NCBI GenBank assembly: GCA_004195715.1
Contig: PSPX01000006.1
Coordinates: 9,524-73,523, forward strand
Reading direction: 5' to 3'
From: Methanobacteriota archaeon
GTDB taxonomy: Archaea > Thermoplasmatota > Poseidoniia > Poseidoniales > Thalassarchaeaceae
Length of the DNA: 64,000 bases
The notes under the pieces were generated by a model. That model made no database searches, was not told the DNA's origin, and saw only the letters and a list, made by a program, of their open reading frames with translations. Shown here piece by piece: positions 10,212 through 19,912 of this stretch; position 1 is the stretch's first letter; the number at the start of each line of letters is the position of its first letter. The position numbers and the translations under genes are program-made.

Positions 10212-11213
10212 ATGATACTAGGCATCGAGAGCACCGCCCACACCCTGTCTTTTGGAGTGGTTGAAGAAGATGGTCGTGCCAAGCCTTCCGTATCAAATCT
10301 GTTCAGGCCAGAAGAAGGAGGTATTCATCCCCGTGAGGCTGCTGATCACCACTCTGATGCCGCTGGAGATCTGCTATCCCAAGTGATGCTGATAAACTCA
10401 ATCAGTAAATCAGATATTACTGCGATAGCATTCAGCCAAGGCCCAGGACTCGGTCCCTGTCTGAGGGTAGGGGCCTCTGTAGCCAGAGCTCTGGCAAACT
10501 CATGGGAGGTTCCACTTATCGGTGTTAACCACTGTGTTGCACATATCGAAATAGGAAGGAATCAGACGGGATGCGAAGATCCGGTCCTACTCTATGTCAG
10601 TGGAGGGAACACACAAGTCATTGCACGTAGGGAGGGGAGATACCGAGTCCTTGGTGAAACTCTAGATATTGGCATTGGGAACATGTTAGACAAGTTCGCT
10701 AGATCCCAAGGGATACCATTCCCAGGAGGCCCTGAGATAGAGAGGTTAGCTGGTGATTGGATATCTAGAAATCCTGAATGCTCACTTGAATCTATATTAT
10801 TGCCGTATGGAGTCCAGGGCATGGATCTTGGATTCTCTGGCATACTCACAGCCGCCATACAAAAGAAGACGGCGGGGCATGATTTGAGTGAAATATGTTG
10901 GTCTCTTCAAGAACACTCATTCTCCGCCTGCATTGAAGTTGCTGAGAGAGCTATGGCCCACACAGGAAAATCTGAACTCTTACTTGGTGGAGGTGTTGCT
11001 TGCAATGAGAGACTCAGGCAAATGGCATCTATCATGTGTCAGGAAAGAGGAGGGAGGTCGTATTCTCCAAGCAAGGAGTATTGTGTCGACAATGGTACGA
11101 TGATAGCAGAATTGGGCCGGAAAATGCTAGAATCGGGTTCTCTGACTGCATTGCAAGACAGTGCAGTGTGTCCCGGGCTGAGGACTGATCAGACCATAGT
11201 CACATGGCACTGA
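10212..11213 (+). CDS. kae1: tRNA N6-adenosine threonylcarbamoyltransferase Kae1 (KEOPS catalytic subunit)
   Basis: 'MILGIESTAHT...GVNHCVAHIEIGR...YVSGGNTQVIA...GVACNERL' are Kae1/TsaD signatures. There is no fused Bud32 kinase. Confidence 0.85.
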   Translation: MILGIESTAHTLSFGVVEEDGRAKPSVSNLFRPEEGGIHPREAADHHSDAAGDLLSQVMLINSISKSDITAIAFSQGPGLGPCLRVGASVARALANSWEVPLIGVNHCVAHIEIGRNQTGCEDPVLLYVSGGNTQVIARREGRYRVLGETLDIGIGNMLDKFARSQGIPFPGGPEIERLAGDWISRNPECSLESILLPYGVQGMDLGFSGILTAAIQKKTAGHDLSEICWSLQEHSFSACIEVAERAMAHTGKSELLLGGGVACNERLRQMASIMCQERGGRSYSPSKEYCVDNGTMIAELGRKMLESGSLTALQDSAVCPGLRTDQTIVTWH

Positions 11214-11278
11214 GGGAGATGTCCTGAGAAGCCTTATGAGACCCTGTTGCGCGTCCCGGGCCGGAGTTTGGTCATCTA

Positions 11279-12031
11279 GTGCAGAAACGTCGTCGTACCA
11301 AGGCAGTCCCAAAGGACATATTCGGCAATGCACCTAAGCCAATTACTTCCAAAAAAGTGGTAGTCAAACAGCCTCCATCTAGCAAACCACCTCCTACCCC
11401 TGTCCCTGTTCCTGCCGTCGAAACCAAGGAAGAGGAAGAGCCTCCTGTAATAGAAGAAGAGCTTTCTGAATCTGCAGAAGAAATTATCCAATCACCCGAA
11501 GAGGATGTCATACAAAGTCAGATGCTCGGAGTCACTCGACGCAAATCAATTGGGCTGCAGCCGAAGCAAGAAGAGGAAGAAGAAGATTCCCCTGCCAATG
11601 GCCTCAGTGATAAAGCACAGGAATTGATTGACGAAAGCAAACTACGTGCTAAGAACGATCAACAGCCGAAAAAGGCAGTTATTAAAACCGTCAAAATACC
11701 GTCTATTCAGAGAGAAGCGCCCACGCCCAAACCCCCTGCACCCAAATATAGACGTAGAAGAAATTCGTTTCAACCAGCAGCACGCGACAAGCGACTAGAT
11801 CGTAGCAGGCACATGGAATACAAATACGAGGTTCGCGGACTCATGGCAGATATTGACGTTGAAGAAGAGCATCGTTCCAATGTCCTAGGAACCATGTGGG
11901 CCAAGGGAGAGAGGCAAAACGTTGCCGAAGCAAAGGAGTTTCTTGAGAGTAAACATTCAGAAGGAGTACTCACAGAAGAGCAGTTTAAGAAACTCTGTGA
12001 TGTCATTAACAAATACACAGTGAGGAGATAG
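11279..12031 (+). CDS. hypothetical protein with a long Lys/Pro/Glu-rich disordered N-terminal region and a conserved-looking C-terminal ~70 aa domain
   Basis: Low-complexity K/P/E-rich tracts are followed by 'EYKYEVRGLMADIDVEEEHRSNVLGTMWAKGERQNV...'. It has a GTG start and no family was recognised. Confidence 0.4.
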   Translation: MQKRRRTKAVPKDIFGNAPKPITSKKVVVKQPPSSKPPPTPVPVPAVETKEEEEPPVIEEELSESAEEIIQSPEEDVIQSQMLGVTRRKSIGLQPKQEEEEEDSPANGLSDKAQELIDESKLRAKNDQQPKKAVIKTVKIPSIQREAPTPKPPAPKYRRRRNSFQPAARDKRLDRSRHMEYKYEVRGLMADIDVEEEHRSNVLGTMWAKGERQNVAEAKEFLESKHSEGVLTEEQFKKLCDVINKYTVRR

Positions 12032-12034
12032 AAT

Positions 12035-12520
12035 ATGTCAGTATTAGAGCAAGATTCAGTGGTTTCAGTAATGTATACGGGTACATTCCCCGAGTCCGGA
12101 GAGGTATTCGACTCAAATATCAACCAACCGCCGTTGGTATTTCTTGTTGGCCATGGAAACATGATAGAGGGTTTCGAACAGGAGATGCTCGGGGCAGCAG
12201 TGGGGGAATCCAGAGATTTCACCCTGACACCCGAGAGGGCTTACGGGCACCGAGATGATGCCAATGTACAGGCAATTCCCAGAAGTCAAATTCCTGAGGG
12301 TATGGAACTAGAAGTAGGGGCGGTCTTAGGTGCCCAGAGTGATCAAGGACCTATACAATTTACCATCGTTGAGGTAGGGGATGAGTTTGTTACTGCGGAT
12401 TTCAACCACCAAATGGCCGGACAAACATTACATTTCACCGTCGAAGTAGTTGAAATTCGAGAGGCCACTTCAGACGAGCTTGCTCACGGACATGCCCACG
12501 GCCCAGGTCACCAGCACTAG
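12035..12520 (+). CDS. FKBP-type peptidyl-prolyl cis-trans isomerase (SlyD-like) with a His-rich C-terminus
   Basis: FKBP core 'VVSVMYTGTFPESGEVFDSN...PLVFLVGHGNMIEGFE' and a metal-binding tail 'HGHAHGPGHQH'. Confidence 0.8.
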   Translation: MSVLEQDSVVSVMYTGTFPESGEVFDSNINQPPLVFLVGHGNMIEGFEQEMLGAAVGESRDFTLTPERAYGHRDDANVQAIPRSQIPEGMELEVGAVLGAQSDQGPIQFTIVEVGDEFVTADFNHQMAGQTLHFTVEVVEIREATSDELAHGHAHGPGHQH

Positions 12521-12556
12521 CACATTGTTCATGGTGTAATTCGTCCTCCCGGGACT

Positions 12557-14149
12557 ATGCGGAAGAGCCGGTCCAAGACCATGAGTGGGATGGACAGGTC
12601 GGATATCTCGAGTAATGACGCCGCAAGAGTCGCCGGATATCCTCCCGGAGGGCATCCGATGCCCGGGGAACCACCTTACACCAGAGGGATACATTCTGAT
12701 ATGTACAAAAGCAAACTTTGGACGATGAGGCAGTATGCTGGATTTTCCTCAGCAAAGGAAACGAATCTAAGATTTAAGATGCTACTCGAACAAGGGCAGA
12801 CTGGACTTTCGGTAGCATTTGACCTACCTACACAACTCGGGTTGGATTCTGATCATCCGCGTTCACTCGGCGAAGTAGGAAAGGTAGGAGTGCCAATAGA
12901 TACCATCGAAGATATGCGGCAGATGTTTGATTCAATCGACCTTTCAGAGGTCTCTACATCAATGACAATTAATGCACCAGCAACTGCATTATTGGCGATG
13001 TATGTTGCAGTTGCTGAAGAGCAAGGAGTCCCTAGAGATAGCCTAAGAGGGACAGTTCAAAATGATATACTCAAGGAGTATATCGCTAGGGGATTGTACG
13101 TCTATCCACCTGCGCAATCCATGAGGCTTACAACAGATCTGATGGGCTGGTGCATAGATAACGCTCCTTTGTGGAATTCAATTTCCATCAGTGGTTACCA
13201 CATGAGGGAGGCGGGCTGCACCGCAGTGGAAGAAGTTGCATTTACGCTCTCGAACGCACTACAGTATACTCGCAGTGCTATCAATTCCGGACTGACAGTG
13301 GATGATTTCGCCCCTCGAATGTCGTTCTTCTTCAGCTCACATAACGATCTTTTGGAGGAGGTAGCAAAGTTCCGTGCAGCTAGAACATTATGGCATGAAT
13401 TAATGCAAATAGAGTTTCAACCTGACAACCCACGTTCAAGCCAATTGAGGTTTCACACTCAGACCGCAGGAGTCACGCTGACGGCGCAGCAACCTCTGAA
13501 CAATGCTGTTCGGGTCGCCTATCAGGCACTGTCTGCTGTCCTAGGGGGCACGCAATCTCTGCACACTAACAGTTTCGATGAGGCCATCGGCCTACCAACT
13601 GAAGAATCTGCAAGAATAGCTCTTAGGACGCAGCAGATTATTTCTGAAGAAACCGGTGTAGCCAACAGTGTTGACCCTCTAGCCGGGTCCTATCTGATAG
13701 AGGAAATGACATCGCGCATAGTCTCAGAAGCGAAGACTCTGATAGAACAAATTGACTCCCATGGTGGTGGATTAGAATGTATCAAATCCGGGCTGCAACA
13801 GAGGATGATACACGATAGTGCTTGGAAGAACCTACAGGAGATAGAGTCAGGAGAAATAGGGGTCGTTGGTGTCAATTCCTATCTCGAAGACAGTGGACAA
13901 TCAATAAACACACAGAAATTTGATTCTGTGGATGTTCAGTCTAGGATAGTCGCTTTGACGGAGCACCGCAACAACAGAAATCAGGAATCTGTAACTAATG
14001 CACTAGAAAGGCTAGAAAATGCATGCTCTGGAGGAGAAAATGTGATGGAACCTATGATTGAATCTGTCAAAGTAGGGGCGACAATTGGCGAAGTTAACGG
14101 AGTATTGAGGTCAGTATTCGGCACCTGGACTTCTCCAAGCGGGGTGTAA
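12557..14149 (+). CDS. methylmalonyl-CoA mutase, catalytic (large) domain/subunit
   Basis: 'YTRGIHSDMYKSKLWTMRQYAGFSSAKETN...GLSVAFDLPTQLG' is canonical MCM N-terminal substrate-binding TIM-barrel sequence. No B12-binding domain is fused. Confidence 0.85.
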   Translation: MRKSRSKTMSGMDRSDISSNDAARVAGYPPGGHPMPGEPPYTRGIHSDMYKSKLWTMRQYAGFSSAKETNLRFKMLLEQGQTGLSVAFDLPTQLGLDSDHPRSLGEVGKVGVPIDTIEDMRQMFDSIDLSEVSTSMTINAPATALLAMYVAVAEEQGVPRDSLRGTVQNDILKEYIARGLYVYPPAQSMRLTTDLMGWCIDNAPLWNSISISGYHMREAGCTAVEEVAFTLSNALQYTRSAINSGLTVDDFAPRMSFFFSSHNDLLEEVAKFRAARTLWHELMQIEFQPDNPRSSQLRFHTQTAGVTLTAQQPLNNAVRVAYQALSAVLGGTQSLHTNSFDEAIGLPTEESARIALRTQQIISEETGVANSVDPLAGSYLIEEMTSRIVSEAKTLIEQIDSHGGGLECIKSGLQQRMIHDSAWKNLQEIESGEIGVVGVNSYLEDSGQSINTQKFDSVDVQSRIVALTEHRNNRNQESVTNALERLENACSGGENVMEPMIESVKVGATIGEVNGVLRSVFGTWTSPSGV

Positions 14150-14150
14150 C

Positions 14151-14561
14151 ATGAATGATGTGTCGGTCGATCACATAGGCATTGCTTCCGAGTCCATTGA
14201 GTCGGCTAGTGGCTTCTGGGAACTACTTGGATTCAAACAGAATGCCGAGCACGTGAATGAAGAACAGGGCGTTCGAATCAAAATGCTAGAGGGATCTGGG
14301 TCATCAGCAAAAATCGAGTTGCTTGAACCATTGGGGCCGAACACCCCCATTGGGAGGTTCATATCCAAGAAAGGCGAAGGTATTCAACAACTGGCTATCA
14401 GGGTCAATGATATCGAATCAACGATTACACAGTTGATTGCCTCAGGTGTGAGGATGATAGATAAACAGCCCGTAGGGGGGGCATCTGGGAGCATTATCGC
14501 ATTCGTCCACCCATCATCTACGGGTGGTGTCCTTGTCGAATTGGTAGAGCATAACAATTGA
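14151..14561 (+). CDS. methylmalonyl-CoA epimerase (VOC/glyoxalase family)
   Basis: 'VDHIGIA...GEGIQQLAIRVNDIE' VOC fold. Its start is one nucleotide after the mutase stop, indicating translational coupling. Confidence 0.75.
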   Translation: MNDVSVDHIGIASESIESASGFWELLGFKQNAEHVNEEQGVRIKMLEGSGSSAKIELLEPLGPNTPIGRFISKKGEGIQQLAIRVNDIESTITQLIASGVRMIDKQPVGGASGSIIAFVHPSSTGGVLVELVEHNN

Positions 14562-14595
14562 CAAGCATCAAAAAGGACTCCTAATACGGGGCGTC

Positions 14596-14898
14596 ATGAA
14601 GACCTCTATGAGTCGGCTTCACGTGTGTGAATTGTTGACTTCGCAAATCGTTTCTAACGAAGTCGGGTTTCTCTCAGAAACGCTAGGTAATCTGCGTGAT
14701 TCAGGAGAAATTTCCAATGATGCTTATCTTGAAGCCGGGAGCATTCAGGGAGGGCTGTCCCTGATTGCAAGTCTGATTGACCAGGAAGTCTCCGATGATG
14801 AAATTCAAATGCAGTTAGATCAGTTGATTACCAGAGCGCTCAGGATTAGCACAAACTATCCAGAGATGGATCAAAAGATAGAGGACTACAGGCAATAG
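14596..14898 (+). CDS. hypothetical acidic protein (100 aa)
   Basis: Open reading frame only; no motif was recognised. Confidence 0.3.
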   Translation: MKTSMSRLHVCELLTSQIVSNEVGFLSETLGNLRDSGEISNDAYLEAGSIQGGLSLIASLIDQEVSDDEIQMQLDQLITRALRISTNYPEMDQKIEDYRQ

Positions 14899-14925
14899 TA
14901 TTCGCGTAGTATTATTATACGAATA
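14899..14925. promoter_or_regulatory. imperfect palindrome TATTCGCGTAGTATTATTATACGAATA, 30 nt upstream of the RHH gene at the head of the folE/que cluster
   Basis: 6-bp perfect arms TATTCG/CGAATA with an AT-rich centre (TATA-like). Confidence 0.3.
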
Positions 14926-14954
14926 CTTATCAATGGTCACTCGACCCGATTGAT

Positions 14955-15137
14955 GTGCCTAAAGTGAGCCTTGACATACCTTCCGAACTGCTAAGCGACC
15001 TCCGAGATCATGTTGGTGACGACAAGAAATTCGTTTCACTTGCAGATGCCGTAAGGACCGCGTGTAGAAAACTCCTCGACCAATTAGATGCGATTGATGA
15101 GATGCACGGTAGAACTAGGAGGAAATCGGATGAATGA
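14955..15137 (+). CDS. small ribbon-helix-helix (CopG/Arc-like) DNA-binding protein
   Basis: The sequence fits a beta-strand 'KVSLDIP' followed by two helices ('SELLSDLRDHV', 'FVSLADAVRTACRKLL'). It has a GTG start, overlaps the folE start by 8 nt, and is preceded by a palindrome. Confidence 0.4.
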   Translation: MPKVSLDIPSELLSDLRDHVGDDKKFVSLADAVRTACRKLLDQLDAIDEMHGRTRRKSDE

Positions 15138-15717
15138 TGTTCCGAGCAAGCAACAGGCTGTATCCGCAGTTGATACTCTGGTGAGATACATCGAGTCTGC
15201 AAAAGGTGAGCTTAGGGAGGGGCTTGCTAGAACTCCTGAAAGGGTAATCGAATCTTTTGTGGAAATATATTCAGGATATTCAGGTGATGCGGAATCCATT
15301 CTCAATGCCACATTCAACTCCGAGGGCTATGATGGGATTGTACTTTTGAAGAATATTGAGTTCCACTCGGTTTGTGAACATCATTTGCTACCGTTCTCTG
15401 GAAAGGCCCACATTGCTTACATTCCCGTAGACAGGATTGTAGGAATTAGTAAACTAGCACGACTACTGAACCTTCACTCAAGTCGGTTGCAGAACCAAGA
15501 GAGGTTGACCAAGGGGGTCGCTGACGATATAGAGAATATTATGGCACCTTTGGGTTGTGCAGTGATACTAGAGGCGTCTCATGACTGCATGCAATGCCGA
15601 GGAGTGGCAAAACAGAATGCCGTGATGACTACCAGCGCGATGCGTGGTGTGTTCTTCGAGAAATTGGAAGCCCGTGGAGAGCTGTTGCAACTCATTAACA
15701 ACCAGTCTGACAGGTGA
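15130..15717 (+). CDS. folE: GTP cyclohydrolase I (FolE type 1)
   Basis: The 'CEHHLLPF' zinc-binding motif and the FolE-I fold. Confidence 0.8.
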   Translation: MNDVPSKQQAVSAVDTLVRYIESAKGELREGLARTPERVIESFVEIYSGYSGDAESILNATFNSEGYDGIVLLKNIEFHSVCEHHLLPFSGKAHIAYIPVDRIVGISKLARLLNLHSSRLQNQERLTKGVADDIENIMAPLGCAVILEASHDCMQCRGVAKQNAVMTTSAMRGVFFEKLEARGELLQLINNQSDR

Positions 15718-15721
15718 TTGT

Positions 15722-16351
15722 ATGGTACTGTTACCCACTGGCCCGAATCTTGAACAAATTTTCCCCATAGTAGAGATATTTCACAGCATCCAAGGAGAGG
15801 GGCATCATACAGGGATATCGTCAGTGTTCATTCGATTCGGTAGGTGCAACCTCAGATGCCCGTGGTGTGACACCGAATTCGACGAGTGGGATGACATGAC
15901 GCTGGGGCAGATCATAGATGATGTGAGCAAGTTCGATTGCGACAGAATCATCTTGACTGGGGGGGAACCAGCACTACAGGACCTACCAACGCTGTGTGGA
16001 GCTCTAAGGGCAACAGGATACCACATCAGTATCGAGACCAACGGAACTGTAGCGATACCTGATGGAATCATCGATTGGATATGCGTCAGTCCGAAGGACC
16101 AGGAATATCCCGACGTTGCAATCAGGCAAAGGGAGGGGGATGAATTGAAGGTCGTTTACCTCGGACAAGACATGTCGATGTACGACGACCTGAAAGACGG
16201 TTTCGAACACCTGTACCTACAACCCTGCTATGTCGAGGGTGAAAGCGTTGAATGGAATGGCCTCAACTTCCATGCTACCTTCGAACAGATTAGATTGAAT
16301 CCGGAATGGAGGCTTTCTCTCCAAACACACAAGTGGATGTGCGTTGAATGA
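15722..16351 (+). CDS. queE: 7-carboxy-7-deazaguanine synthase (radical SAM)
   Basis: 'IVEIFHSIQGEGHHTG...FIRFGRCNLRCPWCDT' is the QueE cluster motif. Confidence 0.8.
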   Translation: MVLLPTGPNLEQIFPIVEIFHSIQGEGHHTGISSVFIRFGRCNLRCPWCDTEFDEWDDMTLGQIIDDVSKFDCDRIILTGGEPALQDLPTLCGALRATGYHISIETNGTVAIPDGIIDWICVSPKDQEYPDVAIRQREGDELKVVYLGQDMSMYDDLKDGFEHLYLQPCYVEGESVEWNGLNFHATFEQIRLNPEWRLSLQTHKWMCVE

Positions 16352-17130
16352 ACAGAGTGGTGATGGCACTCAGTGGTGGTATGGACTCGACCTCGCTGCT
16401 ACTGCGTATGTTAGCACAGGGGGGCGAGGTTACCTGTATCTCCTACGATTACGGGCAAAAGCATGTAATAGAGCTTGAACGAGCGTCTACAAACGTCGAT
16501 TACCTTCGTTCTAAAGGATACAAGGTCGAGCATGTCGTGGCTGACCTATCTAGTGCTATGTCACTCTTCGACTCCACCCTAACCGATTCTGAAAGATCTG
16601 TTCCCGAGGGCCACTACGAGGAGGAACAGATGAAGCAGACCGTGGTGCCTAATCGAAACGCAATATTTACGTCAATCCTCTACGGGTACGCCCTGTCTGT
16701 CTCTGCCAAGGAGAATGTAGATGTCTCCGTGACATTGGGAGTGCACTCTGGTGATCACGTAATCTACCCTGATTGTAGGCCGGAGTTCTACGATGAATTG
16801 ATGCGCGCATTCAAGACTGGGAACTGGGGTTCTGAGAGAGTCACCGTCAATCTTCCGTATGTTGACGGAGACAAGGAGAGTATCCTCAGGGATGCCCTGA
16901 TTTCATGTGATTCCTTAGGACTCGATTTCGATACAGTATTCAGGAATACAAACACCTCGTACAATCCCGATGAGTTCGGGCGTAGTTCTGGAAAGACCGG
17001 TGCTGATGTGGAGAGGATACTAGCCTTCCACGCGATTGGTAGGAAGGACCCTGTTGAATACGTTGACGACTGGAATACCGTTCTTGATCACGCTATCGAG
17101 ACTGAAAGGCAACATGAGGCTATACTATGA
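16348..17130 (+). CDS. queC: 7-cyano-7-deazaguanine synthase (PP-loop ATPase)
   Basis: 'VVMALSGGMDST' PP-loop with QueC-like continuation. The gene overlaps queE by 4 nt. Confidence 0.8.
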   Translation: MNRVVMALSGGMDSTSLLLRMLAQGGEVTCISYDYGQKHVIELERASTNVDYLRSKGYKVEHVVADLSSAMSLFDSTLTDSERSVPEGHYEEEQMKQTVVPNRNAIFTSILYGYALSVSAKENVDVSVTLGVHSGDHVIYPDCRPEFYDELMRAFKTGNWGSERVTVNLPYVDGDKESILRDALISCDSLGLDFDTVFRNTNTSYNPDEFGRSSGKTGADVERILAFHAIGRKDPVEYVDDWNTVLDHAIETERQHEAIL

Positions 17131-17552
17131 CCGCTTCCACACCAAGGCCGAATTCTGAAAGGGATGCAGAGTGGCGTTCTAGGCTAACCGCGCTGCAATA
17201 CCACGTTACTAGGGAAGCAGGCACAGAGATGCCTAACACTGGCATATACAACATGGAGGAAAGGGATGGTTGCTACAACTGCTTATGCTGTGGCCATATA
17301 CTATTCACTAGTGAGATGAAGTATCAGTCCGGATGTGGTTGGCCCGCATTCCATACAGAGCATCCTGATGCTGGAATATCGAGACTGGAGGACAAAACCC
17401 ATGGCATGGCTAGGGTCGAGGTCAGGTGTGGTTCATGTGATGCTCATCTAGGTCATGTATTCCGCGACGGCCCCTCTGAATTCGGAGGAGATAGGTACTG
17501 TATCAACTCAGCCAGCGTGGATTTCATCCAGGAGGCTAATCATGACGACTAA
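17127..17552 (+). CDS. msrB: peptide-methionine (R)-S-oxide reductase MsrB
   Basis: Two CxxC zinc pairs and the 'GCGWPAF...RYCINSAS' catalytic signature. Confidence 0.85.
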   Translation: MTASTPRPNSERDAEWRSRLTALQYHVTREAGTEMPNTGIYNMEERDGCYNCLCCGHILFTSEMKYQSGCGWPAFHTEHPDAGISRLEDKTHGMARVEVRCGSCDAHLGHVFRDGPSEFGGDRYCINSASVDFIQEANHDD

Positions 17553-17991
17553 GATACGCAGATGGGTTGAGACGGATACTGGACATAGAATCCCTAACCA
17601 CAGTAGCAAGTGCAGAAACATGCATGGGCATAGATACAGATGGGAAGCTGAGCTAGAAGGTGATGTAGTCACCGATGTCGGAGCATCAGAAGAGGGAATG
17701 CTGATAGATTTCGCTGACATCTCAATGATTCTCATGCAGCACATCCACGATGTGGTCGATCACGCGTTCATCGTTTACGAGGGGGATACTAGGGCTCTAG
17801 AAGCTCTATCTTCGATGGGAGATGGACATAGGACTCTGGTCGTTCCATTCATTCCAACTGCCGAGAACCTAGCCAAGTGGGCGTTCGAACTAATCGAACC
17901 TCACATCTCGTCGGCATATGGGAATATACTCAGATTGCACTCATTCCATGTCAGGGAAACTCCCAAGTCTTGGGCTACTTGGAGTCCTTGA
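17542..17991 (+). CDS. queD: 6-carboxy-5,6,7,8-tetrahydropterin synthase
   Basis: 'TGHRIPNHSSKCRNMHGHRYRWE' (Cys plus His-x-His zinc site). The start is at the internal ATG at 17542 and overlaps the msrB end. Confidence 0.75.
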   Translation: MTTKIRRWVETDTGHRIPNHSSKCRNMHGHRYRWEAELEGDVVTDVGASEEGMLIDFADISMILMQHIHDVVDHAFIVYEGDTRALEALSSMGDGHRTLVVPFIPTAENLAKWAFELIEPHISSAYGNILRLHSFHVRETPKSWATWSP

Positions 17992-18025
17992 GGGTCATTT
18001 TCCCCGACTCTTGTCTTTCTTCCGA

Positions 18026-18778
18026 CTAATCCTCTTCGAAAGCATCTGCAGCCTCTGTGATGACCCCTAGCAATCTGTGAATCTCATCGTCCTTCGGCAA
18101 CCCCCTCATTATGACTCTGACTAGAGTTTCCTCAATTCCTTTTCTTTTGTGGTCCTTGGTAGGCATAGATCCTACCAACCTAGATACCTCAGATCTGAAT
18201 GTATTCCTAAGGTCAGAATCCAATAACCTATTTCCTGTTCCCGATGGCTGAATGGTATCTGAATTCACGTACCAGCTGAAACAGATGATTGAAACAGCAT
18301 GGCTGAGATTCAGAATGGGGTAACCCTCCCAGGTGGGTATCGTGACTAATAGGTCACACATTCTCAACTCCTCGTTCAGAAGTCCCTTGTCCTCTGGTCC
18401 GAATACCATAGCAACTCTGCCATCTGTTCCTGAAAGCCTTTCTGGCAGTTCCTCTGGCAGTAGAAAATGCCTCATGACAGTCTTGTTGCCATCCTCTCTC
18501 TTACCAGAGGTTCCGATTACTATCGAACAGTCACTAGTCGCATCTGCGATTGTGCTCACGAGTTTTGCCGAATCTAGTACTGACTGCGCGTTCTTAGCGC
18601 GGTTCCTAGTCTCCTCAGACCACTCTTCAGACCTACCGACCACTCTCAAATCGGTGATTCCAAAGTTAAGCATGGATCTGGCGACTGCCCCAATGTTGCC
18701 ATCGTGCCCGGGATTGACCAATACTATGCACAGGTTCTCGTTCCCAAGAGGCAAAGGGACTTTTCTGTGGTTTCCCAT
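18026..18778 (-). CDS. SpoU/TrmH-family RNA 2'-O-methyltransferase (TrmJ-like)
   Basis: 'LVNPGHDGNIGAVARSMLNFG' and 'MVFGPEDKGL...NLSHAVSI' SPOUT motifs. Confidence 0.7.
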   Translation of the reverse strand: MGNHRKVPLPLGNENLCIVLVNPGHDGNIGAVARSMLNFGITDLRVVGRSEEWSEETRNRAKNAQSVLDSAKLVSTIADATSDCSIVIGTSGKREDGNKTVMRHFLLPEELPERLSGTDGRVAMVFGPEDKGLLNEELRMCDLLVTIPTWEGYPILNLSHAVSIICFSWYVNSDTIQPSGTGNRLLDSDLRNTFRSEVSRLVGSMPTKDHKRKGIEETLVRVIMRGLPKDDEIHRLLGVITEAADAFEED

Positions 18779-18814
18779 GACTGGCGCATGCAGTCATCTT
18801 TCAAGAGGATGGCC

Positions 18815-19006
18815 TCAATCTGTACGGCGTTGCCTGTAGCGCGTGATGTACCCGGCTATCCAATTCCTCATCCTCTTGTTATCGACGTCACTGTACTCTG
18901 AGACAAGGTGCTTGTTGGTATCGAAGTCGTCAGTGAACTGATCTGGATATATCTCAAGTAGTCTGAGTGCCCTAATCTTGATGAAAGATGGTCTGATGTT
19001 ACCCAT
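18815..19006 (-). CDS. rps17e: 30S ribosomal protein S17e
   Basis: '[10 protein letters not shown]...LLE.YPD.FT.DF.TNKH.V' is near-identical to the S17e consensus. Confidence 0.85.
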   Translation of the reverse strand: MGNIRPSFIKIRALRLLEIYPDQFTDDFDTNKHLVSEYSDVDNKRMRNWIAGYITRYRQRRTD

Positions 19007-19008
19007 GC

Positions 19009-19272
19009 TCAGGCCTCCAGTAGTTTCACTTCGATTGGGAAGCCTTCCTCGCGCGTGCAGACTACGCGAATCTTGCGCGGAGGATGTTGCATACCACGAG
19101 ACCAGATTGCATGGTTCACAGCCTCGTCAATCCAAAGGTCCTCATCATCTGTCATCTTCATGTGACGGGAGACGTGAATCCGGATTTCTGCAATGGCCCG
19201 GTTAGCGCGCCGAGTACGCGGAACATTCCATGCAGCACGCAGTGGTATCGTCATTTCCTTCACCTCAGCCAA
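19009..19272 (-). CDS. rpl31e: 50S ribosomal protein L31e
   Basis: L31e-like 'TIPLR.AW.VPRTRRA..AI..IR'. Confidence 0.8.
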   Translation of the reverse strand: MAEVKEMTIPLRAAWNVPRTRRANRAIAEIRIHVSRHMKMTDDEDLWIDEAVNHAIWSRGMQHPPRKIRVVCTREEGFPIEVKLLEA

Positions 19273-19276
19273 TCAA

Positions 19277-19432
19277 TCACCTCTGTAGCTTGGATCGGCG
19301 CCACATATGGCGCTTAGGATGAGAATTTACCCTGCGATTGGTGCGAAGCATCACCCACACGGGAACTCGGCGATTCTGTTTAGTGACTTTCTGAAGTCTC
19401 TGTTTCTTGGCAAATGGTTTGTTACTAGACAT
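19277..19432 (-). CDS. rpl39e: 50S ribosomal protein L39e (51 aa; below the ORF-track length cutoff)
   Basis: Hand translation of the minus strand gives [51 protein letters not shown], which matches the L39e consensus (KP.A.K.RL.KA.KQNRR.P.WV..KTNRRV..HPKRR.WRR.KL). Confidence 0.8.
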   Translation of the reverse strand: MSSNKPFAKKQRLQKVTKQNRRVPVWVMLRTNRRVNSHPKRHMWRRSKLQR

Positions 19433-19441
19433 CATACCACC

Positions 19442-19912
19442 TCAGAACCCAGATAGCCCGGGATATCTCTCCTCTGCGCTGCCACGAATCGCATGAGCAG
19501 CGTCGTCTAGTATCGATTGTCCAGAACCAGTCAGAATCTTACCTAGGTTGACAGTTCCGGCAAGATTGTGCTTACTGTCAATCAGTTCGCATGCAGATAA
19601 CTGCTGGAGAATGGTTCTAGCGATTTTTCTGGACCCAGAAACCGCACGGTTCTGCTTGACCCCCCTGTCCTTGGGACCTCCGAACTGCTGGGCCATGTGG
19701 TTGGCCCCAATCGGCCCCATCAACCCTACCTTTCTGAGAACTGCTGCTGAGCGGACGTACCACCAATCATCCTGGACTGGTGGCCTCTCCCTGTGACTGC
19801 CCGTCTTGACGTAATCAGCCCATTCCGGCGGAGACACCTGGTCCATGTCCTGCAGCCGGGTTGCTAACTCGGCTATCAGCAAATCAGCAGGGACATCGTG
19901 GTATGTGGTCAT
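19442..19912 (-). CDS. rps19e: 30S ribosomal protein S19e
   Basis: 'DVPADLLI..LA..L......P.W...VKTG.H.E..P....WWY.R.A..LRK' matches the S19e family. Confidence 0.8.
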   Translation of the reverse strand: MTTYHDVPADLLIAELATRLQDMDQVSPPEWADYVKTGSHRERPPVQDDWWYVRSAAVLRKVGLMGPIGANHMAQQFGGPKDRGVKQNRAVSGSRKIARTILQQLSACELIDSKHNLAGTVNLGKILTGSGQSILDDAAHAIRGSAEERYPGLSGF

